Positions 1-8,681 of a stretch of DNA of 16,379 nt are shown here, in pieces. The DNA lies in the NCBI GenBank assembly GCA_002371075.1, contig DFFS01000040.1, forward strand, positions 1 through 16,379, given 5' to 3'. Each line of letters begins with the position of its first letter. Within the stretch, counting starts at the first letter, position 1. This DNA comes from Christensenella sp. UBA3770 (GTDB taxonomy: Bacteria; Bacillota; Clostridia; Christensenellales; CAG-1252). A model generated the notes under the pieces. That model had not been told where the DNA came from. It searched no databases and worked only from the letters and a program-made list of their open reading frames with translations. The position numbers and the translations under genes were made by a program.

Positions 1-787
<787 letters not shown>

Positions 788-791
<4 letters not shown>

Positions 792-1216
792 TGATCTCCA
801 CGCGCGGTAGATACGCCTTGCGGGTCATGGCTGACCTTGCAAATACGGGAGGAGAAAAATTCGTTCCCTTAAAAGAGATCGCCGAAAGGCAAGAGATCTC
901 GCTGAAGTACCTTGAAAGCATCGTGACCGACCTTGTCAAGGCGGGGCTTTTGGAGGGCAGGCACGGCAAAGGCGGCGGCTACCGCTTGCTCCGCGCGCCC
1001 GAGGATTACACCGTCGGCGAGGTGCTGCGTACGATCGAGGGGGACCTTGCTCCCGTGGCTTGTCTTGGCAAAAACGCCGCGCCGTGCGAGCGCGCTTCGA
1101 TTTGTCCCACCATAAAGATGTGGACGGGGCTGTACGACGTGGTCATCAAGTATTTCGACGGCATCACCGTGCGCGATCTGACAACCCTCCCCGACGTTCC
1201 CGATTACGTCATTTGA
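788..1216 (+). CDS. Rrf2-family transcriptional regulator (IscR/CymR-like) with three C-terminal Cys, possibly Fe-S or thiol sensing
   Basis: The N-terminus '[18 protein letters not shown]' is the canonical Rrf2 wHTH start. There is a Cys triad '[16 protein letters not shown]'. The start ATG at 788 overlaps the cysK stop (ATGATGA), which indicates translational coupling. Confidence 0.85.
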
Positions 1217-1229
1217 GGTCGTTTCCCAT

Positions 1230-1262
1230 GTCCCTCCGGTCTTCGGAGGGACTTTTTTTTTA
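1230..1262 (+). terminator. Rho-independent terminator after the cysK-Rrf2 operon
   Basis: A 9-bp perfect stem gtccctccg (1230-1238) pairs with cggagggac (1244-1252). It has a 5-nt loop and is followed by a T10 run. Confidence 0.75.
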
Positions 1263-1280
1263 TAAAAAACTCAAAAACCG

Positions 1281-1309
1281 TTGACGAAATAACGGCGCTG
1301 TCGTATAAT
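1281..1309 (+). promoter_or_regulatory. Sigma-A type promoter for the metal-resistance operon
   Basis: The -35 TTGACG is at 1281-1286 and the -10 TATAAT is at 1304-1309. The spacer is exactly 17 bp. Confidence 0.6.
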
Positions 1310-1316
1310 GATAACA

Positions 1317-1343
1317 GTTGAACAAGTATTCAACCGTTCAACC
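1317..1343 (+). promoter_or_regulatory. ArsR/SmtB-type operator dyad between the -10 and the RBS
   Basis: A TGAACA-AG-TATTCA imperfect inverted repeat sits at 1319-1332. It is nested in an outer dyad, GTTGAAC (1317-1323) and GTTCAAC (1336-1342). The TGAA..TTCA core is characteristic of SmtB/CzrA/CadC-family operators. The position is consistent with autorepression. Confidence 0.5.
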
Positions 1344-1356
1344 TTGGAGGTGTGAT

Positions 1357-1722
1357 ATGAAAAAGATCGTTTCCGACCTTTGCGAAGACGACGTTATCCA
1401 CGTGGGCGTGGTTGAAAAAGTGCGTGCCGCCATCCCCGACGAGGACGTTCTCGTTGACGTGGCGGAGCTTTTTAAGGTGTTTGGCGACAGCACGCGCACC
1501 CGTATTCTTTCGGCGCTTTTCGTGTCGGAGCTTTGCGTTTGCGACATCGCCAGTTTGTTAAATATGACAAAATCCGCCGTTTCCCATCAGCTTCGCATCT
1601 TGCGTCAAACCAAGATCGTAAAAAACCGCAAGCAGGGGAAGGAAGTGTATTATTCGCTTGATGACGAGCATATCTCGCGTATTTATAAAATGGCTCTTGA
1701 ACATTTATCGGAGGAAAAATAG
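1357..1722 (+). CDS. cadC: ArsR/SmtB-family metalloregulatory repressor (CadC-like; Cd/Pb/Zn-sensing type)
   Basis: The RBS GGAGG at 1346-1350 lies 6 nt before the ATG at 1357. The upstream TTG at 1318 (track start) lies inside the operator and has no RBS. The protein has the HTH 'KSAVSHQLRILRQTKIV', the alpha3 metal motif 'ELCVCDIA' (CVC), and an N-terminal Cys in 'DLCEDD', as in alpha3N-site sensors. The stop TAG at 1720-1722 abuts the next ATG. Confidence 0.85.
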   Translation: MKKIVSDLCEDDVIHVGVVEKVRAAIPDEDVLVDVAELFKVFGDSTRTRILSALFVSELCVCDIASLLNMTKSAVSHQLRILRQTKIVKNRKQGKEVYYSLDDEHISRIYKMALEHLSEEK

Positions 1723-1950
1723 ATGAAAAAGGTTTATGAATTAACAGATCTGTGCTGCGCCGCTTGCGCCGCCGAGATCGAGCGTGACGTGAAAAAGATA
1801 GAGGGCGTTGCTTTTTGCAGCGTAAACTTCATTATGCAAAAGATGACCGTCGACTACAAAGACGAGGCGGACGTTCCCTCCGTTTACAAGGCGCTTGTCA
1901 AAGCGGTGCGCCGCGTGGAAGCCGATTGCGAGGTAATCGAGGTAAAGTGA
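1723..1950 (+). CDS. Stand-alone heavy-metal-associated (HMA) domain protein, homologous to the CadA N-terminal metal-binding domain
   Basis: The 75-aa product contains 'LCCAACAAEIERDVKKIEGV', a CxxC metal-binding loop in a ferredoxin-like HMA context. This resembles the CANC motif of CadA N-termini. The ATG directly follows the cadC stop. Confidence 0.8.
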   Translation: MKKVYELTDLCCAACAAEIERDVKKIEGVAFCSVNFIMQKMTVDYKDEADVPSVYKALVKAVRRVEADCEVIEVK

Positions 1951-1951
1951 C

Positions 1952-3835
1952 GTGAAACGCGACAAAAAGCTGTTGATCCGCATCATCGTGGCGTTTGCGG
2001 TGTTTGCCGCCGCCCTGATCCTGTTCAAATTGACGCCGCTACGCAGTTTCGGCGCCGTTGCGGAAGGGTGGAACCTAAGCGATTTCCGTTTCTATTTGTA
2101 CGTTTTGCCGTTTTTGATCGCCTATTTGATCGTCGGATACGACGTCATATACAAAGCGGGCAGAAACCTTGTTTCCGGCAGGCTTCTTGACGAAAACTTT
2201 TTGATGGTGGTGGCGACCTTTGGCGCCGTGGCGCTTTTGGACCTGCCCGAAGCGTGCGGCGTGATGCTGTTTTATCAGATCGGCGAGTTGTTTCAGCGCT
2301 ATGCCGTCGGCAAATCGCGCCGTTCCATTGCCGCGCTGATGAACATTCGTCCCGACGTGGCGCGCGTTTTGCGTGACGGCGAAGAGGTTTTTCTTTCCCC
2401 TGAGGAAGTTGCGGTTGGCGACGTGCTTGTTTTGCGCGCCGGAGAGCGCGTTCCCGTGGACGCCGTCCTTATGGATGGAGCAGGGAGCTTTGACGTGTCT
2501 TCCCTGACGGGTGAGAGCTTGCCTCGTGATGTCGCAGCGGGGGACGAGGTGCTCAGCGGCTCCATAAACCTCGGCGGAGAGATCAAACTGCGCGCGGTAA
2601 AACCCTATGGGGAATCCACCGTGCAAAAGATCCTTGATCTTGTGGAAAACGCCGCCGCCAAAAAGGCGCAGGCGGAGAACTTTATCACAAAATTCGCGCG
2701 CTATTATACGCCCGTCGTCGTTGTCGCGGCGCTCTTGATCGGGCTTGTCCCGCCCCTCTTTTTGGGAAATTGGGGCGGGTGGATCAAAAAGGCGCTGACC
2801 TTCCTTGTGGTCTCCTGTCCTTGCGCGCTTGTCATCTCGGTGCCGCTCTCCTTCTTCGGTGGGATCGGCGGCGCGTCCAAAAAGGGCATTCTTGTCAAAG
2901 GGGGCGCGGCGCTTGAGCGCTTGGCAAAAGCGAACGTCTTTTTGTTTGATAAAACGGGGACCATCACCGAGGGCAAATTTTCCGTCGTGGAGGTGTTTCC
3001 GTCCGAGCGTGCTTCGGAGGTGCTGACGGCGGCAGCCATTGCCGAAAGCGCGTCCAATCACCCGATCGCACGGTCCGTCGTTGCGTTTGCTCCGGCGGTG
3101 GATCACGCGGGTTATACGATTCGGGAAATCGTCGGACGCGGGGTCAAAGCCGTCAAAGAGGGTGACGAGATCCTTGTCGGCAACGCGGCGCTCCTTTCGG
3201 AGGAAGGCGTCGATTTTGAACCTTGTAAGCGGGGCGGCACGACCCTTTACGTGGCGAGAAACGGCGCGTTTATCGGGTGGTTGACGGTTTCCGACACGCC
3301 CAAAGAAAACGCCGCAGAGGTCGTTGCGGCGCTGAAAAAAGAGGGTTGTATGACCGTTATGCTGACGGGCGATCACAGGGGCGCGGCAAAAGAGGTTGCC
3401 GAACGGGTGGGCGTGGATGCTTACGTTGCGGAATTGTTGCCGCAAGATAAGGCGGCGTATATGGAAAAGATCCTTAGGGAGCAGGCGGGAAAGACCGTTT
3501 GCTTTGTCGGCGACGGCATCAACGACGCTCCCGTCCTTGCCATGGCGGACGTGGGCGTTTCTATGGGCGGCATCGGCAGCGACGCTGCGATCGAGGCTTC
3601 CGACGTGGTGTTGATGCGGGATGACCTTGCCTCCATAAAAGAGGGCAGAGGCATCGCCAAAAAGACGATGCGCATCGTGCGCGAAAACATTGCCGTCGCG
3701 CTTGGCGTCAAGGTGGGGGTTCTCCTTTTGACGGCGGTTGGGCTGATGGGGGCTTTTGCCATGTGGCTTGCGGTGTTTGCGGACGTCGGCGTGGCGATGC
3801 TTGCGATCCTAAACGCGATGAGAACGCTTCGCTGA
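1952..3835 (+). CDS. cadA: P1B-type heavy-metal (Cd2+/Zn2+/Pb2+) translocating ATPase lacking an N-terminal HMA domain
   Basis: The TM6 motif is 'SCPCALVIS' (CPC). The phosphorylation site is 'FDKTGTIT' and the HP motif is 'SNHPIA'. The protein also has 'MLTGDH', the hinge 'VGDGINDAP', and 8 predicted TM helices. A GTG start at 1952 is preceded by GAGGTAA, 6 nt upstream. Confidence 0.9.
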   Translation: MKRDKKLLIRIIVAFAVFAAALILFKLTPLRSFGAVAEGWNLSDFRFYLYVLPFLIAYLIVGYDVIYKAGRNLVSGRLLDENFLMVVATFGAVALLDLPEACGVMLFYQIGELFQRYAVGKSRRSIAALMNIRPDVARVLRDGEEVFLSPEEVAVGDVLVLRAGERVPVDAVLMDGAGSFDVSSLTGESLPRDVAAGDEVLSGSINLGGEIKLRAVKPYGESTVQKILDLVENAAAKKAQAENFITKFARYYTPVVVVAALLIGLVPPLFLGNWGGWIKKALTFLVVSCPCALVISVPLSFFGGIGGASKKGILVKGGAALERLAKANVFLFDKTGTITEGKFSVVEVFPSERASEVLTAAAIAESASNHPIARSVVAFAPAVDHAGYTIREIVGRGVKAVKEGDEILVGNAALLSEEGVDFEPCKRGGTTLYVARNGAFIGWLTVSDTPKENAAEVVAALKKEGCMTVMLTGDHRGAAKEVAERVGVDAYVAELLPQDKAAYMEKILREQAGKTVCFVGDGINDAPVLAMADVGVSMGGIGSDAAIEASDVVLMRDDLASIKEGRGIAKKTMRIVRENIAVALGVKVGVLLLTAVGLMGAFAMWLAVFADVGVAMLAILNAMRTLR

Positions 3836-3838
3836 AAA

Positions 3839-3862
3839 AACCGCCGTTCGGGCGGTTTTGTT
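3839..3862. terminator. Probable bidirectional rho-independent terminator between the convergent cadA and lipoprotein genes
   Basis: The stem aaccgcc (3839-3845) pairs with ggcggtt (3851-3857) and is followed by TTTGTTG. On the opposite strand it is preceded by an A-run, so it is usable in both directions. Confidence 0.55.
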
Positions 3863-3899
3863 GTAAAAGTAGATTATTCCACTTGTTTTATAAAAATCT

Positions 3900-5615
3900 T
3901 TATTCTTCGTCTTTGGGTAGGATCAAGCCCTCAAGCTCGATGCCGATCACGTCGATGGTCATGCGGACCTTTTCCGTATCTCCCTCTTTCGTGTAAGTAT
4001 AGCGGATATACGATTCGCCTTTTCCGACGGCGTTGTTGACGTAGATCGCCGTATAGGTCTTATCGCCCGCCGTGACGGTCTCCAGCGTGTAGGTCCCCAC
4101 GCATTCAATGCCGATCACGTCGTCAAATGCGTCGGGGTCGTCAACGATCAGTTGTCCCGTTTGGGCATATCGCGCGAAGATGGCTTGCAGGTGCGGGTTG
4201 TCGTAATCCAACCCGATGATCCTGATCCCATAGTATTCCTCAATGGCTTTGAGCACGCCGGCAAGGTCGGTCTCTTCCACGCCCGGGGCAATGTCGGAGA
4301 AGTAGTAGGACGCAAGCCCGAAAGCAAATTCCGAATTCAGATTAAAACCGCTTTTTTTGACCGTATCTTTCAAGATGCCGGTCACCAGTTCCAACAGCGG
4401 AACGGTCAGCTTGTACGTTCCGTCTTTTTCAAACGTGATGCTCGCTTGTTTTTTGTCGATCGCACCGGTGTACTCATCTCCGAATACGGCAAAGTACGAA
4501 ACGTCAAAACGCTTTGTGACGTCAAAGGTCCTGCCCGATCTGACCGCCTTATAAACGGTGGGAAGGACGCCGTTTGTCCCGTCAAAGTAAGCTTTGCTTA
4601 CTTCGCCAAAGGTTGCGGCGCGCATGATGGCTTTTTTGATGCTTTCTTTGTTTTCAATGTCGCCGTACAGGCGGTTTAACTGGCTGACCTTTTGCTTTTT
4701 GTATTGATACAGCGCGTTGGGAGCGGCAAGCCCGTGCGACGCAAGTTTGTCTTGCAACAGTTCCGCAAGGATGGCGTGGCCTTCCGAGGAGGGGTGCACG
4801 CCGTCTGAGCAAAACAGGCGTTGCCAACGATCGTTGTCTTTTTCGTAGATGCTTTCAAACGCCGAGTACACGTCGATCAGTTCAAAGGGCTTGACGGTGT
4901 TTCCGTCTTCGTCAACGTAGGTATGCTCTTCCGCGTAGTCTATGAGGGTTTGGTTGATCGTGCGGATCAACTTGTCCATAACCGCGTGATATTTTTGGGG
5001 CCCGATACCCTTTGAGGCAAGCACGCTGCGTGCATAAGAGGGAACGAGCGGGCTGTCTTCTCCGGCGGGGTTATACAGCGTTTGCACAAAGATCAGGGCG
5101 TTTGGATTGAGACGCTTGAGGGTCGCAAAGGTGTTTTCAAAGTTTGCTTTCGCCGTCTCCTGACGGGGGGTGATGCGATCGTAAACGTCGTTTGAAAGGT
5201 CGATCATCAGCTGATTGTGGCTGGAGTTCAAAAAGTCGTTGCCGATGTTGGAGATGTGAATGATGTCGGCGGTGGAAATATAGGTGCGCACGAGGTTGAT
5301 ACCGTCGTCCTCTCGCTCGACAAAATGCATCAGGTCTTCCGTCGTATAGGCGGTCACGGCGCGATTGTGAAACGAAAAGTCGTTGATCGTGCCGACAATG
5401 CCGTAGTAGCCGTAGTTTTCGCGCTCCGTCAACGGGCAGGGACCGGCAAGCGCTTCGCCGATGGAGTCGCCGAGGAAAAGGATCTCCGTTTTTTTCTCTG
5501 TCGTAACGGCAGCTGTCTCTTGCGTTTCTTCGCGCTTTTGCACGCAGGCAAAAAGCGCCGTGAACGTCACGACAAGCACAAGCAATATGGCGGTAAGCAA
5601 AAATATCCTTTTCAT
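3900..5615 (-). CDS. Secreted lipoprotein with an N-terminal SGNH/GDSL-family hydrolase (lipase/esterase) domain and a ~250-aa C-terminal domain of unknown function
   Basis: A lipoprotein signal 'MKRIFLLTAILLVLVVTFTALFAC' is present, with lipobox L-F-A-C. The SGNH block I is 'ILFLGDSIGE' and block V is 'CSDGVHPSSEGH', of the DxxH type. The start was chosen at 5615, because the upstream ATG at 5648 lies inside the -10 hexamer of the promoter. Confidence 0.75.
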   Translation of the reverse strand: MKRIFLLTAILLVLVVTFTALFACVQKREETQETAAVTTEKKTEILFLGDSIGEALAGPCPLTERENYGYYGIVGTINDFSFHNRAVTAYTTEDLMHFVEREDDGINLVRTYISTADIIHISNIGNDFLNSSHNQLMIDLSNDVYDRITPRQETAKANFENTFATLKRLNPNALIFVQTLYNPAGEDSPLVPSYARSVLASKGIGPQKYHAVMDKLIRTINQTLIDYAEEHTYVDEDGNTVKPFELIDVYSAFESIYEKDNDRWQRLFCSDGVHPSSEGHAILAELLQDKLASHGLAAPNALYQYKKQKVSQLNRLYGDIENKESIKKAIMRAATFGEVSKAYFDGTNGVLPTVYKAVRSGRTFDVTKRFDVSYFAVFGDEYTGAIDKKQASITFEKDGTYKLTVPLLELVTGILKDTVKKSGFNLNSEFAFGLASYYFSDIAPGVEETDLAGVLKAIEEYYGIRIIGLDYDNPHLQAIFARYAQTGQLIVDDPDAFDDVIGIECVGTYTLETVTAGDKTYTAIYVNNAVGKGESYIRYTYTKEGDTEKVRMTIDVIGIELEGLILPKDEE

Positions 5616-5646
5616 TGTTCTCTCGTCAAATATCTTTGACAACAGC

Positions 5647-5675
5647 ATTATAAAGCATAACGCCTTTTATTGCAA
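5647..5675 (-). promoter_or_regulatory. Sigma-A promoter for the lipoprotein gene (minus strand)
   Basis: Read on the minus strand, the promoter is TTGCAA (5670-5675), a 17-nt spacer, and a perfect TATAAT (5647-5652). It sits ~25 nt upstream of the ATG at 5615. Confidence 0.55.
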
Positions 5676-5864
5676 GCGGCGCAAGACGGTTGCCCGTTTT
5701 CTCCGATCGGCTCCGCCGTTTTTCTTAGAAAAACCCATCGGTATCGAATGGTGAAAAATCGCGAAGAAAGGACAGTTTTTTTTGATGTGAAAAATTATTA
5801 TTTATATGTAATTTTTGCCAAAATCTTTTTAAATATATAATTTATCGCAATTTGTAAACATTTA

Positions 5865-5893
5865 TTGACAAAATTTAACAATTAAGTTAAAAT
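5865..5893 (+). promoter_or_regulatory. Sigma-A promoter for the seven-gene operon, within an AT-rich intergenic region
   Basis: A consensus TTGACA at 5865-5870 is followed by a 17-nt spacer and TAAAAT at 5888-5893, which extends to TAAAATATAT. It lies ~60 nt upstream of the ATG at 5953. The region 5760-5900 is ~25% GC, against ~57% for the window. Confidence 0.5.
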
Positions 5894-5952
5894 ATATATT
5901 AAGACTACAGTTTTAGTACGTCGAAATTCAAAAGAGCGGGGATGCTTGCCTA

Positions 5953-8649
5953 ATGAGCCAAAACGCAGCGGATCACATCAGTTTTTCCATCATAAACGAC
6001 AAGACGGTCGGCGCTCTCACGATCCACGTTACAAGTGTTCCCGATTATAAGGTTTTCGATACCGAAGACGACGTTGCCGCCGCCGGCGCCATCAAGCAGG
6101 TTTTTACCGCCATCATCAACGAGTTTTCACATTTTGCGTCGCAATCCTCCGTTTCTGCGGAGCTGATGTTGTCGTGCAAATCCGCCGAGAATCAGTTGTT
6201 CCGTTCCTTTGTGGATATCCACGTCGTTTTGCGCGCCGTGGACGTTGATTACGCCGCGTGTCTCAACAACCTGATCCATTGCGGTACGTTGTTTGTGGAG
6301 ACGCTTGGCAACTCCAAAATCGTTTGTGAATATTGCGATTTCAAAGAGTACGCGCAGATCGTTTCCGATTTGAACATGGACGAGGTTTTGACCATTCGTC
6401 GCCCCGATGAATACATCGGTTTCCAAAACGCCTTTTTCCCGTTTTGTTACAACTACGACGCCGTGGAACCCAACGATAAGGACATCGACGCCATCATCAA
6501 CGCGATGATCGCAGAGAAGGATTGTGCCGTGGTCTTATCCATCATTCCCACTTCCTTTACCTATGCGGAGCAAAGCTTCCTTTCCGTCAATTACAATTCG
6601 TTAAACAGGCTTTGCACCGGCATCATGATGCCGCGCATGGGCATGTACAAGGAGGCACGCGCCGAGATCCCGATGCGTACCTACAAAAAGTATTCCGCTT
6701 TTTGCGCCGAGCCCGTTTGTTTGTTTAACATGCAGGTGTGCGGCGATCGCTTGGGGGCAAGAAACATCGCGTCCAAATTCCTGTCCGTTTTGACGGATGA
6801 AAAGGCGCAGTTCTCCACCCGCTTTGAAATTTGCGAAACCAATCATTTCGCCGATCTGTTAAGAAGCATTTACGCTTCGCCCTGGGCGGTTTCGGACGCG
6901 ATCATGCAGTACAACCGCGTCGCATCGCCGTATCCCCAAATGCAAAACGCCTGTTGGCGCTTGGCGTATCTGTATTTGCCCGCCGAGATCGCGCAGGTCT
7001 TCCGCGTTCCGATCGGCACCAAAAAGATCACGGACGGCATCGATATCCATTACATCAACAAGCGTAACAAAAAGTTTGGTCAAGACGTCATCAATTCCGC
7101 GGCGTTCACGATCGGTAAATTGCAAAACGTGATCGGCGATCAGTCGTATATCGGCGTCGGCAAAAAGGATCTGACCAAGCATATGCTCGTCGTGGGTACG
7201 CCGGGTTCCGGTAAATCCACCTTTTTGGTGGGGCTCATGGACCGGTTGTGGAAGCAGGGCATCCCCTTTTTGGTCATTGAACCCGCCAAGACGGAGTATC
7301 GCGGGCTGATCGATTCCATTCCCGATCTGCAGGTGTTCTCTCCCGGCAACAACGAGGTCTCGCCTTACGTGATCAATCCGTTCGTTCCCCCCAAGGGCGT
7401 TTCGGTGGAAAAACACAAATCCATCGTCAAAGCGGCGTTTTCCGCCGCGTTTGAGATGTGGACGCCGCTTGATCAACTTTTTGACGAGACGCTCAACATT
7501 TGTTACAGCGAGCAGGGCTGGCTGGACAGCGACGTCGTGGAAGAGGGAGCGGATTGCTTCTCGCTGATCGATTTTGTAAAGACCTATCGCGAGGTGGTTG
7601 CTTCCAAGGGTTACAGCGGGGAGTATAAAAAGCAGATCGAAGCCGCCGGCGTACTGCGCCTCAACGGTTTGTTGGAGCAAAACATCAACATCTTCGACAC
7701 GCGTTATTCCGTGCCCATCGAGGACATCTTAAAGGCGCCCACCGTCATTGAGCTTTCCAACGTAAAGGACATCAAGCAAAAGTCCTTTATCATCGCTTAT
7801 CTTTTGAACAACATTTACGCTTACGTCGAGGCAAACAACAGCAACGACGGCAATTTGAAAAACGTGATCCTTTTGGAGGAAGCGCACGTCCTTTTGGACG
7901 CCGGCTCCGTGGTGGGGGACGAGGGTCCCAACGCAAACGCCGCCGCCGTCAAGTTGCTTACCGATATGCTTGCGGAGATCCGCTCGCGCGGCGTGGGCAT
8001 CGTCGTGGCGGATCAGTCGCCAAAAAAGGTCACCTCGCCCGTGATCTCCAACACCAACGTCAAAGTGATGTTCCGTTTGGTGGAAAAGGCGGATAAGGAG
8101 ATCGTAAAGAACTCCACCGGCATGACCGACTTGCAGGAGGAGAGGCTCTCGCGCTTGTCCACCGGCGAGGCGCTTTTGTATTTTGACAAATTGGACGAAG
8201 TGGAAGAGATCCGTATGGACGACTACCGCTTGTCGGCGGGCATCGCCACCGATCTCAGAGACGCCGACGTCAAGGCGCGCATCACCTATTGGCAAAAGCA
8301 CGCCTATCTTTTGAAGCCGTTCCCCGATTGCGATTGCATCGGCTCCTGCAGCGGCGGTTGCGACCCGTTGAAGAGAAACAGGGCGCGCATCATTGCGGAT
8401 AGGATCTTCCGCAAAAATTACCCCAAAAACTTCCACGATTTTGAAACGTTTAAAGCCTTCTATCGGCAGATGAACCTTGCCGTTAAGGAGGAGACCCTTG
8501 CCGTGTTTAAGGGCGCTGTGGACCCCGCCGACGTGTTGGATTGCGCAAAGGTGCATTTCCTCAGAAAGGTAAACTATTTCACCAACATCGAGGTCAACTT
8601 CACACTCAGAAAAAACACGTACGCACGTGCGAAGAAACCCTTGCAATAA
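5953..8649 (+). CDS. HerA/FtsK-clade (DUF87-like) P-loop ATPase, with a ~340-aa uncharacterised N-terminal domain and a Cys-rich C-terminal tail
   Basis: Walker A is 'MLVVGTPGSGKST' (K421). 'VIEPAKTEY' is HerA 'DPxGEY'-like. Walker B is 'VILLEEAHVLL', the EEAH type, at 639-645. 'GVGIVVADQSPKKV...NVKVMFRL..KAD' corresponds to the HerA 'TQRP' arginine-finger region. The pre-ATPase segment 'IGTKKITDGIDIH...IGKLQNVIGDQSYIGVGKKDL' resembles the HerA N-terminal barrel. The C-terminus carries 'CDCIGSCSGGCD'. Confidence 0.8.
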   Translation: MSQNAADHISFSIINDKTVGALTIHVTSVPDYKVFDTEDDVAAAGAIKQVFTAIINEFSHFASQSSVSAELMLSCKSAENQLFRSFVDIHVVLRAVDVDYAACLNNLIHCGTLFVETLGNSKIVCEYCDFKEYAQIVSDLNMDEVLTIRRPDEYIGFQNAFFPFCYNYDAVEPNDKDIDAIINAMIAEKDCAVVLSIIPTSFTYAEQSFLSVNYNSLNRLCTGIMMPRMGMYKEARAEIPMRTYKKYSAFCAEPVCLFNMQVCGDRLGARNIASKFLSVLTDEKAQFSTRFEICETNHFADLLRSIYASPWAVSDAIMQYNRVASPYPQMQNACWRLAYLYLPAEIAQVFRVPIGTKKITDGIDIHYINKRNKKFGQDVINSAAFTIGKLQNVIGDQSYIGVGKKDLTKHMLVVGTPGSGKSTFLVGLMDRLWKQGIPFLVIEPAKTEYRGLIDSIPDLQVFSPGNNEVSPYVINPFVPPKGVSVEKHKSIVKAAFSAAFEMWTPLDQLFDETLNICYSEQGWLDSDVVEEGADCFSLIDFVKTYREVVASKGYSGEYKKQIEAAGVLRLNGLLEQNINIFDTRYSVPIEDILKAPTVIELSNVKDIKQKSFIIAYLLNNIYAYVEANNSNDGNLKNVILLEEAHVLLDAGSVVGDEGPNANAAAVKLLTDMLAEIRSRGVGIVVADQSPKKVTSPVISNTNVKVMFRLVEKADKEIVKNSTGMTDLQEERLSRLSTGEALLYFDKLDEVEEIRMDDYRLSAGIATDLRDADVKARITYWQKHAYLLKPFPDCDCIGSCSGGCDPLKRNRARIIADRIFRKNYPKNFHDFETFKAFYRQMNLAVKEETLAVFKGAVDPADVLDCAKVHFLRKVNYFTNIEVNFTLRKNTYARAKKPLQ

Positions 8650-8681
8650 AGGGAGAATAAAAAACCAAGGAGGAAAGTGCA

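Noticed and set aside
1318-1356. TTG start at 1318 for the ArsR-family gene
   Set aside because: It lies inside the operator dyad and has no RBS. The ATG at 1357 has GGAGG 6 nt upstream.
2075-3445. 456-aa minus-strand ORF fully inside the cadA-like ATPase gene
   Set aside because: It is an antisense open frame typical of high-GC coding DNA. It is Arg/His/Gly-rich and has no motifs or RBS. The sense strand has unambiguous P-type ATPase motifs.
5616-5648. Alternative start at 5648 for the lipoprotein gene (track start 'MLLSKIFDERTM...')
   Set aside because: That ATG lies inside the -10 TATAAT of the gene's own promoter. The start at 5615 gives a canonical lipoprotein signal peptide immediately after Met.
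5881-5896. Near-palindrome TTAACAATTAAGTTAA in the promoter spacer as a possible operator
   Set aside because: It is imperfect and sits in a ~25% GC background, where such near-dyads arise by chance. It is too weak to call.
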